A DNA stretch of 64,000 bases from Candidatus Poribacteria bacterium (GTDB lineage: Bacteria; Poribacteria; WGA-4E; WGA-3G), in assembly GCA_965242965.1 (NCBI GenBank), contig OZ251518.1:4416001-4480000 (forward strand), read 5' to 3'. The notes under the pieces were generated by a model. That model had not been told where the DNA came from. It ran no database searches and was given only the letters and a program-made list of their open reading frames with translations. The position numbers were made by a program, and so were the translations under genes. Within the stretch, counting starts at the first letter, position 1. Each line of letters starts with the position of its first letter. Shown piece after piece: positions 32,055 to 41,780 of the stretch.

Positions 32055-33438
32055 AATTTATGGGTTGGAGACAGAATTCGGCATTATATGGACACCGGAT
32101 GAAGGACGCGCCAAACGGCTCACCGTCCAAAATACCGTGATGTATCTCTTCCGCGAAATTGTCGCCGGGCGAAACTATCCTGATGTCTTTCTAGAAAATG
32201 GGGCGCGGTTTTACCAAGACATCGGATGCCATCCGGAATACGCGACACCGGAATGCGATGATGTCGCCGAACTCGTCGCACACGACAAAGCTGGCGAGCG
32301 CATCATCACGCGGCTCGCCAGCACCGCGGAACGGCGCATGCGGAACGATGGCTTCCGGGGGAAAATCTCCATTTTCAAAAACAATCTGGATACCTCCGGG
32401 AATACCTACGGATGCCACGAGAACTACTTGATGGAGCGGCACATTAACTTCCGGCAACTGGCGGCGCAGCTCATCCCCTTTTTTGTCACACGGCAAATTT
32501 TTGCAGGGGCAGGTAAAATCACGTTGAATCACCGCCAATTTACCGGAAAGTCGAGCGCGAAGGCCCTCTCGGAAATCTATGCTATCTCGCAGCGCGCCGA
32601 ACATATCCGCGAAGAGATTTCCATCGCTACGACGACAGCACGCGGTATCATCAACACGCGCGATGAACCGCACGCCAACCGGGAGAAATACCGCCGGTTA
32701 CACGTCATCGTTGGCGATTCCAACATGTCCGAATTTTCGACTTTCTTGAAAGTAGGCACGACGGGTATCGTCCTCCGCATGATAGAGGATAACTTCATTC
32801 GGAAGCCGTTCACACTCCGAAAACCGGTGGAGGCTATCCGGCAAATTTCCGACGACACCACCTGCACACGGCAGGTGGAAATGGAAAACGGGAAGTGCCT
32901 CTCTGCCGTTGAACTCCAGTGGGAGTATCTGGAGTGTGCGAAGCGTTACCTTGAACAAGCCGATTCCGATCCGACTACTGAACAGGTGATGGCGCGGTGG
33001 GAATACGTGCTTACCTGCCTTGAGAAGGATCCGATGCAGTTAGAACGCGAGGTTGACTGGGTGATAAAGTGGAAGTGGCTGCAAACTTACGCCGCGAAGC
33101 GTTCCTTGAAATGGAGTTCGCCGGAGATTCGGCTGCTGGATCTGAAGTATCACAACGTTCGTCCGGAGTCGAGTCTCTACTATACTCTTGAAGAACGGGA
33201 TGAACTTGAACGGATTGTTGACAATGAGCAGATTCGCCACGCGGAGCATTATCCGCCGAAAGGGACCCGGGCCAAATTCCGCGGCAAGTTTATCAAGAAA
33301 ATCAACGAAGGGAAGATGCTCGGCGGTGTCAATTGGAGTTACATCCATATTTATGAGCCGCACCAAATCCTCTATCTCTCCGAAGACCCGTTTAAACCCG
33401 AGTTTGATGAGGCGAGTCGGACAGTTTATTCCATTTAA
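32044..33438 (+). CDS. pafA: Pup--protein ligase PafA
   Basis: MQRRIYGLETEFG, NGARFY, HPEYATPEC, GCHENY, RDEPHA. Confidence 0.93.
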   Translation: MQRRIYGLETEFGIIWTPDEGRAKRLTVQNTVMYLFREIVAGRNYPDVFLENGARFYQDIGCHPEYATPECDDVAELVAHDKAGERIITRLASTAERRMRNDGFRGKISIFKNNLDTSGNTYGCHENYLMERHINFRQLAAQLIPFFVTRQIFAGAGKITLNHRQFTGKSSAKALSEIYAISQRAEHIREEISIATTTARGIINTRDEPHANREKYRRLHVIVGDSNMSEFSTFLKVGTTGIVLRMIEDNFIRKPFTLRKPVEAIRQISDDTTCTRQVEMENGKCLSAVELQWEYLECAKRYLEQADSDPTTEQVMARWEYVLTCLEKDPMQLEREVDWVIKWKWLQTYAAKRSLKWSSPEIRLLDLKYHNVRPESSLYYTLEERDELERIVDNEQIRHAEHYPPKGTRAKFRGKFIKKINEGKMLGGVNWSYIHIYEPHQILYLSEDPFKPEFDEASRTVYSI

Positions 33439-33504
33439 CCGCCGATACATTCATTTTGCGCGTTTCCAAGCGCGCACCTGTCTTACCACGAAGGAGGCTT
33501 TTTG

Positions 33505-36135
33505 ATGACACAACCGAAGTATGTTTACTTCTTTGGTGCCGGTGAAGGGGAGGGCGATGCAACGATGCGGCTCCACCTCGGCGGCAAAGGAGCGAACCTT
33601 GCAGAAATGACGAACCTCGGCGTTCCAGTGCCACCCGGCTTTACTATTGCGACTGAGGTTTGCAAACTATACTACGAAAACGAGAAGCAGTATCCAGCCG
33701 GATTGGATGCGCAGATTGACGAGAACCTGCAGAAAGTGGAAAACGCGATGAACGCCAAGTTCGGCGACGCGGAGAACCCGCTGCTCCTTTCTGTCCGTTC
33801 CGGTGCCGCTGTCTCAATGCCGGGGATGATGGATACTATCCTGAACCTCGGGCTGAACGATGACACGGTGAAGGGGCTCATCGCGCGTTCTGAGAACGAA
33901 CGCTTCGCTTACGATGCGTATCGCCGCTTCGTTCAGATGTTCGGCAATGTCGTGCTCCGGGTAGCGCACGACGAATTTGAGCATCTGCTTGAAGCGCGGA
34001 AGAAAGCGAAGGGTGTGACGTTGGATACGGAACTGGATGCCGCCGATTTGCTGGCTCTCGTTCACGAATTCAAACAGATTACTAAACGGAAGACCGGGGA
34101 CGATTTCCCGGATGAGCCGCGGCAGCAATTGGATATGGCACGTGACGCGGTGTTTGAGTCCTCAGGCAATCCGCGCGCTATCACGTATCGCCGCCTCAAC
34201 GACATTTCCGAGGAGCTCGGCCGCACCGCTGTCAATGTCCAAGCGATGGTATTCGGGAATATGGGCGGCAGTTCTGGCACAGGTGTCGCCTTCACGCGCA
34301 ACCCCTCTACCGGCGCGAACGTGTTTTACGGGGAATTTTTGATGAACGCGCAAGGCGAAGACGTTGTCGCCGGCATTCGCACCCCGCTCCCTATCGCTGA
34401 ATTGCAGAATCTCTCGCCGGCTGCTTATACGCAGTTAGTGGACATCGGCCAGCGGCTTGAGAAGCACTACCGCGATATGCAAGATGTTGAGTTCACGATT
34501 CAAGATGGACAGCTCTTCATGCTCCAGACGCGGAATGGGAAACGGACTGGGCAGGCCGCTGTCCGTATCGCCGTGGAGATGGTAGAGGAAGGCTTGATTG
34601 ACAAAAACACCGCGCTCACCCGAGTGCCGGCTGGAGACTTGGATCAGCTCCTGCATCCGCGCGTTAACCCGAATGCTACTGTTGAGGTTATCGCGCAGGG
34701 GTTACCTGCTTCGCCCGGTGCGGCTGTTGGCAAAGTCGTCTTCACGGCGACACGTGCGGAAGAGCGCGCCGCTGCCGGTGAAAAAGTGATTCTGGTGCGC
34801 GCTGAAACCTCGCCGGAGGATATCGGTGGGATGGATGCTGCGGAAGGTATCCTCACCGCCCGCGGGGGTATGACGAGCCACGCCGCTGTCGTCGCGCGTG
34901 GGATGGGGAAATGTTGTGTCGCTGGCTGCGGTTCCCTCTTCATCCACGAAGACGCGCGCGAGTTTTACGCCCAAGGGAAACGTTACGCCGAGGGCGATTA
35001 CATCACGTTGAACGGCTCCACAGGCGATGTACTGAGCGGCCAGGTAGCTCTTATTCAGCCTGAATTGAGTGGACAGTTCGGCACACTCATGGAATGGGCA
35101 GATGAGGTTCGCAAGTTGGATGTCCGCACGAACGCGGATACGCCGGAGGATGCAGAAAACGCTAGAGGATTTGGCGCGGAGGGTATTGGGCTCTGCCGCA
35201 CCGAGCACATGTTCTTCGGCACCGGCATTGACGCGGTGCGCGAGATGATCCTCGCTGACAGCACGGATGAGCGTGAACAAGCTCTTGCGAAGTTGCTACC
35301 GCACCAGAAGTCCGATTTTATCGGTATTTTTGAAGCAATGGCGGGTTATCCCGTGACTATCCGCACGCTGGATCCGCCGCTGCACGAATTCCTGCCGAAA
35401 ACGGAGACAGAAATCAATGAACTCGCGGAACGTCTCGGTGTCTCCGCGCAGAAACTGCGTGAGCGCGTTGAGGAGTTGCACGAATTTAACCCGATGCTGG
35501 GACATCGCGGTTGCAGGCTCGGCATTGTGTATCCGGAGATAACCGTGATGCAGGCGCGCGCCATCTTTGAAGCCGCGGTAGATGTCGCGCAACGCGGGAT
35601 TCAGGTATTGCCGGAGATTATGATTCCGCTCGTCGGGCATATCAACGAATTCTCCTTGCAGCGCAAGGTAGTCGTTGATACGGCGAAGACTGTCTTTGAA
35701 GAGGCGGGTATTCACATTGAATTTCTCGTCGGCACGATGATTGAGCTGCCGCGCGCCGCTATCACTGCAGACAAAATCGCCGGAGAGGCGGAGTTCTTCT
35801 CCTACGGCACGAATGATCTGACGCAGACGACGTTCGGGATGAGCCGCGATGACGCGGAGAAATTCCTCGGTGAGTATGTCGCAAACGGTGTGCTGGAGTA
35901 TGATCCGTTCCAAGTTCTAGACCAGGGTGGTGTCGGGGTTCTCCTGCAGATCGGGACTGAGAAGGGACGCGCAACGCGCCCCGAGCTCAAAGTCGGCATC
36001 TGTGGCGAACACGGCGGCGAACCGCACTCTGTGAAGTTCTGCCACGGGTTAGAGTTCAATTACGTATCCTGTTCGCCGTTCCGCGTGCCGATTGCACGTC
36101 TTGCGGCGGCGCAGGCGGTAATTGAAGAGGAATAG
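33505..36135 (+). CDS. ppdK: Pyruvate, phosphate dikinase
   Basis: GGKGANLAEM, SVRSGA, GGMTSHAAVVARG, GLCRTEHMF, GICGEHGG. Confidence 0.97.
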   Translation: MTQPKYVYFFGAGEGEGDATMRLHLGGKGANLAEMTNLGVPVPPGFTIATEVCKLYYENEKQYPAGLDAQIDENLQKVENAMNAKFGDAENPLLLSVRSGAAVSMPGMMDTILNLGLNDDTVKGLIARSENERFAYDAYRRFVQMFGNVVLRVAHDEFEHLLEARKKAKGVTLDTELDAADLLALVHEFKQITKRKTGDDFPDEPRQQLDMARDAVFESSGNPRAITYRRLNDISEELGRTAVNVQAMVFGNMGGSSGTGVAFTRNPSTGANVFYGEFLMNAQGEDVVAGIRTPLPIAELQNLSPAAYTQLVDIGQRLEKHYRDMQDVEFTIQDGQLFMLQTRNGKRTGQAAVRIAVEMVEEGLIDKNTALTRVPAGDLDQLLHPRVNPNATVEVIAQGLPASPGAAVGKVVFTATRAEERAAAGEKVILVRAETSPEDIGGMDAAEGILTARGGMTSHAAVVARGMGKCCVAGCGSLFIHEDAREFYAQGKRYAEGDYITLNGSTGDVLSGQVALIQPELSGQFGTLMEWADEVRKLDVRTNADTPEDAENARGFGAEGIGLCRTEHMFFGTGIDAVREMILADSTDEREQALAKLLPHQKSDFIGIFEAMAGYPVTIRTLDPPLHEFLPKTETEINELAERLGVSAQKLRERVEELHEFNPMLGHRGCRLGIVYPEITVMQARAIFEAAVDVAQRGIQVLPEIMIPLVGHINEFSLQRKVVVDTAKTVFEEAGIHIEFLVGTMIELPRAAITADKIAGEAEFFSYGTNDLTQTTFGMSRDDAEKFLGEYVANGVLEYDPFQVLDQGGVGVLLQIGTEKGRATRPELKVGICGEHGGEPHSVKFCHGLEFNYVSCSPFRVPIARLAAAQAVIEEE

Positions 36136-36146
36136 GTGATGCGTTC

Positions 36147-36177
36147 TGGTAGGCGCGCTTTGAAGGCGCGCCTACCG
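36147..36177 (+). terminator. Hairpin after ppdK (GTAG-tagged palindrome)
   Basis: GGTAGGCGCGC-TTTGAAG-GCGCGCCTACC. Confidence 0.5.
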
Positions 36178-36199
36178 AATATAATGGAGGGATGAGAAC

Positions 36200-36799
36200 A
36201 TGCATGCCCAAGAAATCAGCGCGCCGCTCGCCGGTGCCTATCCACCTCCACCGCTCGTGCCGAAGGGTGTACCGACGACACCTGTCACGATGACGTTGGA
36301 AGAATTCCTCGCCAGCGATTTGGAGGGATACGAATACATTGAAGGAGAATTAATACCGAGAATGCCTACCTCAATGAAACACGGCACGGTTAGCATCCAA
36401 CTCAGTTCGCGCTTATTTCAGCACGTTCATGAGAATCAGTTGGGGAATGTCTATCCGGCATCCACAGGGTTCCACGTCGGGGAACGGATGCTCATTCCGG
36501 ATATTGCGTTTCTGTCCAAGGCACGCATCCCCGATGACGCAAATAAGGCATCTCCAATTCCACCAGACCTCGCCGTGGAGGTAGTTTCTCCGACAGACAT
36601 GTTGGACCGGATTGTGTCAAAGGCGTTTGCGTATCTGGCAGCCGGCACACAGCTGGTATGGGTTATTGAACCGAAGTCAGAAACGGTGCTGGTGTATCGT
36701 TCGGAAACCGATATCAAGTTGCTGACGCGAAACGACACGCTCACCGGTGAAGATGTCGTGGAAGGGTTTTCTTGCCCCGTGGCAGAACTTTTTGCCTAG
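36200..36799 (+). CDS. Uma2 family endonuclease-like protein
   Basis: YEYIEGEL, PDIAF, PDLAVEVVSP, YLAAG..VWVIEP. Confidence 0.9.
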   Translation: MHAQEISAPLAGAYPPPPLVPKGVPTTPVTMTLEEFLASDLEGYEYIEGELIPRMPTSMKHGTVSIQLSSRLFQHVHENQLGNVYPASTGFHVGERMLIPDIAFLSKARIPDDANKASPIPPDLAVEVVSPTDMLDRIVSKAFAYLAAGTQLVWVIEPKSETVLVYRSETDIKLLTRNDTLTGEDVVEGFSCPVAELFA

Positions 36800-36833
36800 T
36801 TCCAAAATCAACGCATTACGGAGGGATAAGAAG

Positions 36834-37430
36834 ATGCATGCACAAGAAATCAGCGCGCCGCTTGCCGGTGCCTCTCCACCTCCACCGCTCGTGCCGAAGG
36901 GTGCACCAACGACACCTGTCGCGATGACGTTGGAAGAATTCCTCGAAAGCGATTTGGAGGGATACGAATACATTGAAGGAAAATTAATACCGAGAATGCC
37001 TACGTCAATGGAACACGGCACGATTAGCGTCGCCCTCATTTTGTCACTAGGTTCGCACGTTCGTGGCAATCAGTTGGGGGATGTTTATACTGCCGCGGGG
37101 TTCCACGTTGGGGAACGGATGCTCATTCCAGATATTGCGTTTCTGTCCAAAGATCGGATACCCGATGATACAGATAAGGCATCACCAATTCCACCAGACC
37201 TCGCCGTAGAGGTAGTTTCCCCGACAGACGCGTCGGCCCGGATTGAGGAAAAGGCGTTCGCCTACTTGGCAGCTGGCACGCAGCTGGTATGGGTGCTGCG
37301 GCCAAAATCGAAAACTATCCTGGTCTATCGCTCGGAAACCGATATCCAGCTGCTGACACAGAATGACATCCTCACCGGTGAAGATGTCGTGGAAGGGTTT
37401 TCTTGCCCCGTGGCGGCACTTTTTGCATAA
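36834..37430 (+). CDS. Uma2 family endonuclease-like protein (tandem paralogue)
   Basis: Near copy of 36200-36799 with the same RBS and MHAQEISAP start. Confidence 0.9.
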   Translation: MHAQEISAPLAGASPPPPLVPKGAPTTPVAMTLEEFLESDLEGYEYIEGKLIPRMPTSMEHGTISVALILSLGSHVRGNQLGDVYTAAGFHVGERMLIPDIAFLSKDRIPDDTDKASPIPPDLAVEVVSPTDASARIEEKAFAYLAAGTQLVWVLRPKSKTILVYRSETDIQLLTQNDILTGEDVVEGFSCPVAALFA

Positions 37431-37445
37431 CAAGGACACACTATC

Positions 37446-37886
37446 ATGCTTATCGCAGATGTAAACGCAATGGATGGGCGCACTTATCCCGCCCGCCGAA
37501 CAACCAAAAACCTCGTCGGCGGTGCCTCACCTATTCAGATAGACGAATTTTGTATGGGATTCGTCACGCTAGAACCGAACGGCGGACAAGTCCCGTGGCA
37601 CAACCACGAACAAGAGGAGATTTACTTCATCGTTGCAGGCGTAGGTGAAATGTGCCTCGGTGAGGAACGGCAGACGCTCACTGCCGGACAGACTGTCTTC
37701 ATTCCGTCGTGGGTTTTCCACCAGTTGACGAACACCGGTGATACACCGATGCAGATGATTTATTGCTACGGCCCAGCCGGTGATGTCGCGCACTGGAAGC
37801 AAGAGTTAGCTGGAACACTCCCGAAAGCGGGTGTGGACGCGCCGCCGCTCCCGGCAGGCTCGGCACCGCAATGCACGCACCGATAA
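37446..37886 (+). CDS. Cupin domain protein
   Basis: PWHNHEQEEIY..G; IPSWVFHQLTN. Confidence 0.88.
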   Translation: MLIADVNAMDGRTYPARRTTKNLVGGASPIQIDEFCMGFVTLEPNGGQVPWHNHEQEEIYFIVAGVGEMCLGEERQTLTAGQTVFIPSWVFHQLTNTGDTPMQMIYCYGPAGDVAHWKQELAGTLPKAGVDAPPLPAGSAPQCTHR

Positions 37887-37925
37887 ACGGAACACGCGCT
37901 GCGGCGTGGTATTTTCAAAATTTCC

Positions 37926-37954
37926 TTGACTCCATTTTTCTGTTTTTGTATAAT
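37926..37954 (+). promoter_or_regulatory. Putative sigma70-type promoter
   Basis: TTGACT-17 bp-TATAAT. Confidence 0.65.
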
Positions 37955-38032
37955 GCACATGTCTTTATCGAGAAAGCAGGAAAAGCCTATGCTTTAGGAA
38001 ATCTCGCGGACAACCTCAGCCGGACTATCAGC

Positions 38033-38908
38033 ATGCGATTTATATTCCGTTTTCTTCTGTTGTCTTTATGCTTCTCGGCAACGGAAACGTTTGCTGTTGA
38101 AATACCACCCTCGCCTGCAGGCGGTGGATGGTTCCAAATTTACGCCCCTGGTGACTTTGCTTTTGCCGCCGATCACCGCGACTTTGATATTAACCTGCAA
38201 AAAAATGGATTCACTATTGAAGCGTGGATTTATGTCACCCGGCCTATAAAACCCTTCGTCTGGGCAGAAAACCCGGAGGAACAAAAGTTACAAGACTTAT
38301 GGGTTGTTTTTGAGAAGGCTGGCAGTTATCGGTTGTTCATATTATCAAACCATCGGGCACGCTTTCTCCTATGGGGCCCGGGATTCACACATACCTTTAG
38401 TTTCCCGGGGCATCAGTTGCAAGTGAATCAATGGCACTACGTTGCTGTCATGTTCGCCGAAGACTATTATCAACTTGTTGTTGATAACAGACTTCGGGGT
38501 TCGCTCTATCTGAATGGAAAAGGCCTGCAGGACTTAAACAATACCGATGGCGTGTTCTCTATAGGCGGAGGAAAAGAGCCTCCTAACGGTAACATTGATA
38601 AGAGATGGCTCTGGAATCCCTTTCCTGCCGGGCTGATTGATGAAGTCCGCATTTCAAACATCATCCGTTATCCGAAAGATGAGATAAAAGCGAACGAATG
38701 GAATGATGTCATAGAAATCCCGAAAGTTCGCTATGAAAAAGACGAACACACTATTGCTCTCTGGCATTTTGATTTTGAAAAAATAGGGGATTCCAGATGG
38801 AGTGATGCTAGCGGAAATGGACATCACTTACGCTACAAAGGCGACTATTTGGGGGTTCAACCGCAAAATAAGTTAACGACAATGTGGGGCAAACTCAAAG
38901 GGCGATGA
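38033..38908 (+). CDS. Secreted LamG/concanavalin A-like jellyroll protein
   Basis: Signal peptide, FTIEAWI, WHYVAV, GLIDEVRIS, ALWHFD, DASGNGHH; C-terminus VQPQNKLTTMWGKLK. Confidence 0.8.
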   Translation: MRFIFRFLLLSLCFSATETFAVEIPPSPAGGGWFQIYAPGDFAFAADHRDFDINLQKNGFTIEAWIYVTRPIKPFVWAENPEEQKLQDLWVVFEKAGSYRLFILSNHRARFLLWGPGFTHTFSFPGHQLQVNQWHYVAVMFAEDYYQLVVDNRLRGSLYLNGKGLQDLNNTDGVFSIGGGKEPPNGNIDKRWLWNPFPAGLIDEVRISNIIRYPKDEIKANEWNDVIEIPKVRYEKDEHTIALWHFDFEKIGDSRWSDASGNGHHLRYKGDYLGVQPQNKLTTMWGKLKGR

Positions 38909-38928
38909 GCGCAGATAGCCTAACTGTC

Positions 38929-39082
38929 TTGTAAACCGTGGTCCCCCGCACCAACACGTAGCGCGGGGGCCTGTCCCCCGCGATGCATCGAGAACTTGTA
39001 AACCGTGGCCCCCGCATCAACACGTAGCGCGGGGGCCTGTCCCCCGCGATGCATCAAGCATTTGTAAACCGTGGCCCTCGCA
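38929..39082 (+). repeat. Tandem ~66-bp unit (about 2.4 copies) containing a family B REP
   Basis: TTGTAAACCGTGG...CAACACGTAGCGCGGGGGCCTGTCCCCCGCGATGCATC repeated. Confidence 0.85.
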
Positions 39083-39099
39083 CGCTTGTAAGGATAGAC

Positions 39100-40272
39100 A
39101 TGAAAAATCAGAATCAAAACGTCCACCGCGTCGGCATTATCATGAACGGTGTCACCGGCAGGATGGGCACGAACCAACACCTCCTCCGCTCCATTTTGGC
39201 GATTGTCGAGGAAGGCGGTATCCCACTCGGTAACGGCGAGGTGATTGTCCCAGAGCCAATTCTCGTCGGCAGGAATCCGGCGAAACTTGAAAAGTTATCG
39301 GAGCTCACCGGGGTCGAGAAGTGGAGCACCGATGTGGCCGCTGTCCTCGCCGATGACGCATATCCTGTCTATTTTGACGCGCAGGTTACGTCGCGTCGCG
39401 TGGATGCAGTGCGCACAGCGATTGCAGCGGGCAAGCATATCTATTGCGAAAAACCCACCGCCACGTCAACGGCGGATGCCTACGCGCTCTACGAAGAAGC
39501 AGTAAAGGCGGGAGTCAAAAACGGCGTTGTTCAAGACAAACTCTGGCTCCCCGGGCTCCGCAAACTGAAACGTCTCATTGATGCCGATTTTTTCGGGAAG
39601 ATTATCGCTGTCCGCGGCGAGTTCGGATACTGGGTCTTCCGAGGCGATGCTATTCCAACGCAGCGTCCCTCCTGGAACTACCGTGCAGAAGATGGCGGCG
39701 GCATTATCCTCGATATGTTCAGCCATTGGCGATACGTGCTTGACAACCTATTCGGCGCGGTGAAAAGTGTCTCCTGTTTCGCCGCCACGCATCTGGATAA
39801 GCGGTGGGACGAAGAAAATCAGCCTTACGCTTGCACAGCAGAGGATGCGGCGTATGCGACATTTGAATTGGAGGGCGGCATCGTCGCGCACTTTAATTCG
39901 TCGTGGGCAGTCCGAGTGAGACGCGATGATCTTTTGACAGTCCAAGTAGACGGCTTGAACGGCTCAGCTGTTGCTGGTTTGCGGGAGTGCTGGATTCAGC
40001 CGCTCTCTGCGACACCACGGCCTGTCTGGAATCCGGACATTGAACAGCCGATTCAGTTTTTTGACGGCTGGCTCAAGGTGCCGGAACAGGAAACAGCCGA
40101 TAACGCCTTCAAAGCGCAGTGGGAGTTATTCCTCAAGCATGTCGTAGCCGATGAACCGTTTCCGTGGACACTCCTCGCCGGTGCGAAAGGCGTGCAATTG
40201 GCGGAAAAAGGCATGGAATCGTGGAAAAATCGGCGATGGATGGATTTGCCGGTGTTGCCGCCACTTGATTGA
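39100..40272 (+). CDS. Gfo/Idh/MocA family oxidoreductase
   Basis: GIIMNGVTGRMG, GKHIYCEKP, GGIILDMFSHW. Confidence 0.9.
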   Translation: MKNQNQNVHRVGIIMNGVTGRMGTNQHLLRSILAIVEEGGIPLGNGEVIVPEPILVGRNPAKLEKLSELTGVEKWSTDVAAVLADDAYPVYFDAQVTSRRVDAVRTAIAAGKHIYCEKPTATSTADAYALYEEAVKAGVKNGVVQDKLWLPGLRKLKRLIDADFFGKIIAVRGEFGYWVFRGDAIPTQRPSWNYRAEDGGGIILDMFSHWRYVLDNLFGAVKSVSCFAATHLDKRWDEENQPYACTAEDAAYATFELEGGIVAHFNSSWAVRVRRDDLLTVQVDGLNGSAVAGLRECWIQPLSATPRPVWNPDIEQPIQFFDGWLKVPEQETADNAFKAQWELFLKHVVADEPFPWTLLAGAKGVQLAEKGMESWKNRRWMDLPVLPPLD

Positions 40273-40288
40273 AAAGGAGGCGATGATT

Positions 40289-41746
40289 ATGACAACCCCG
40301 AACGTAACTCTGGAAAAAATTGACGCATACCGCTGGCGCATTCCGAAAAGTCATCAGAAGGGGATGCGCGTTGACGGTATCGTCTATGCCAATGAAAAAC
40401 TGCTGGAACAAGCGAAGAGCGACGAAGCATTGCAGCAAGTCGCAAACGTCGCGCACTTGCCCGGGATTGTCAAGCATTCGCTTGCGATGCCTGATTTGCA
40501 CTGGGGTTACGGCTTCGTCATCGGCGGTGTCGCCGCCACAGACCCGAGTGCTGACGGCGTTGTCTCCCCCGGCGGCATCGGCTACGACATCAATTGCGGC
40601 GTGCGCCTCGTCAGGACAAACCTCAATGTGAAACAGTTAGAAGGCAAGACGAAAGCACTTGTCGGCAAACTGTTTGAAAATGTTCCCTGCGGTGTCGGTT
40701 CTAGCGGCAAAATCCAACTCACGGTGCAGGAAGAACGGCAGATGTTAGAAAAGGGCGCGCTTTGGGCAATTGAGCGCGACTATGGGCACCCGCAAGATTT
40801 ACATTTCACCGAAGCCTCTGGATTTCTCCAACACGCGAACGCCGATGCCGCCAGTCAGCGCGCCTTGGAGCGCGGGAAAAATCAACTCGGCACACTCGGT
40901 TCGGGGAACCACTTCTTAGAAGTCCAATTCGTCGATAGGATTTTCTACCGGGAGGCGGCCGAGGCGATGGGCCTGAGCGAAGGCAATGTCTGTGTCATGA
41001 TTCACACCGGTTCGCGCGGGTTCGGCTATCAGATTTGCGACGAACACGTCAAAAGCTGGGTGAAAGTTGCCGAACGATACGGAATTAACCTGCCAGACCG
41101 GCAGCTCGCCTCTGCGCCGATTAACTCAAAAGAGGGACAAGATTACATCACGGCGATGGCGTGCAGCGCGAACTACGCTTGGAACAATCGGCAGTGCATT
41201 ATGCACCTCGTCCGGCGGACGTTCATGCAGTTTTTGGAGACGACAGAGGATGAACTCGGCTTGGAGCTCGTCTACGATGTGGCGCATAACATCGGGAAGT
41301 TTGAGAAACACACGGTAGATGGCGAGGAACGCGAGTTGTTCGTCCATCGCAAAGGCGCAACGCGTGCCTTCCCCGCGGGACATCCGGAGATTCCGGAAAA
41401 ATATCAGAAAGTCGGACAACCTGTCCTAATTCCCGGCGATATGGGCACTGCGTCTTACGTGCTTGTCGGGAATCCGGGCGCAATGGCGGAGACCTGGGGC
41501 ACCACCTGCCACGGCGCGGGCAGAGTCCTCTCTCGCCGGAAGGCGATAGCGTTGACGAAGGGACGTTCGATTCGCGATGACTTGGAAGCACAAGGCATTT
41601 TCGTGCGCGCCGAAGGCAGACGCACCCTTCAGGAAGAAGTCCCCGAAGCATACAAGGATGTCGATGAAGTCGTCCGCGTCGTGGACGAAGCGGGACTCTC
41701 GCGTCGCGTCGCACGCCTCCGGCCGATTGGCGTTGTGAAGGGATAG
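40289..41746 (+). CDS. rtcB: RNA-splicing/repair ligase RtcB
   Basis: MPDLHWGYG, GYDINCG, GSGNHF, HTGSRG, HRKGATRA, CHGAGR; AAGGAGG RBS. Confidence 0.95.
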   Translation: MTTPNVTLEKIDAYRWRIPKSHQKGMRVDGIVYANEKLLEQAKSDEALQQVANVAHLPGIVKHSLAMPDLHWGYGFVIGGVAATDPSADGVVSPGGIGYDINCGVRLVRTNLNVKQLEGKTKALVGKLFENVPCGVGSSGKIQLTVQEERQMLEKGALWAIERDYGHPQDLHFTEASGFLQHANADAASQRALERGKNQLGTLGSGNHFLEVQFVDRIFYREAAEAMGLSEGNVCVMIHTGSRGFGYQICDEHVKSWVKVAERYGINLPDRQLASAPINSKEGQDYITAMACSANYAWNNRQCIMHLVRRTFMQFLETTEDELGLELVYDVAHNIGKFEKHTVDGEERELFVHRKGATRAFPAGHPEIPEKYQKVGQPVLIPGDMGTASYVLVGNPGAMAETWGTTCHGAGRVLSRRKAIALTKGRSIRDDLEAQGIFVRAEGRRTLQEEVPEAYKDVDEVVRVVDEAGLSRRVARLRPIGVVKG

Positions 41747-41780
41747 CGACTATTTCAGCAACGGCAGGGGAGAACGCAAA

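Noticed and set aside
40289-41746. Idea that RtcB/ThpR splice REP insertions out of mRNAs
   Set aside because: No supporting sequence evidence; both genes are widespread, unlinked to the insertions, and most insertions already preserve frame.
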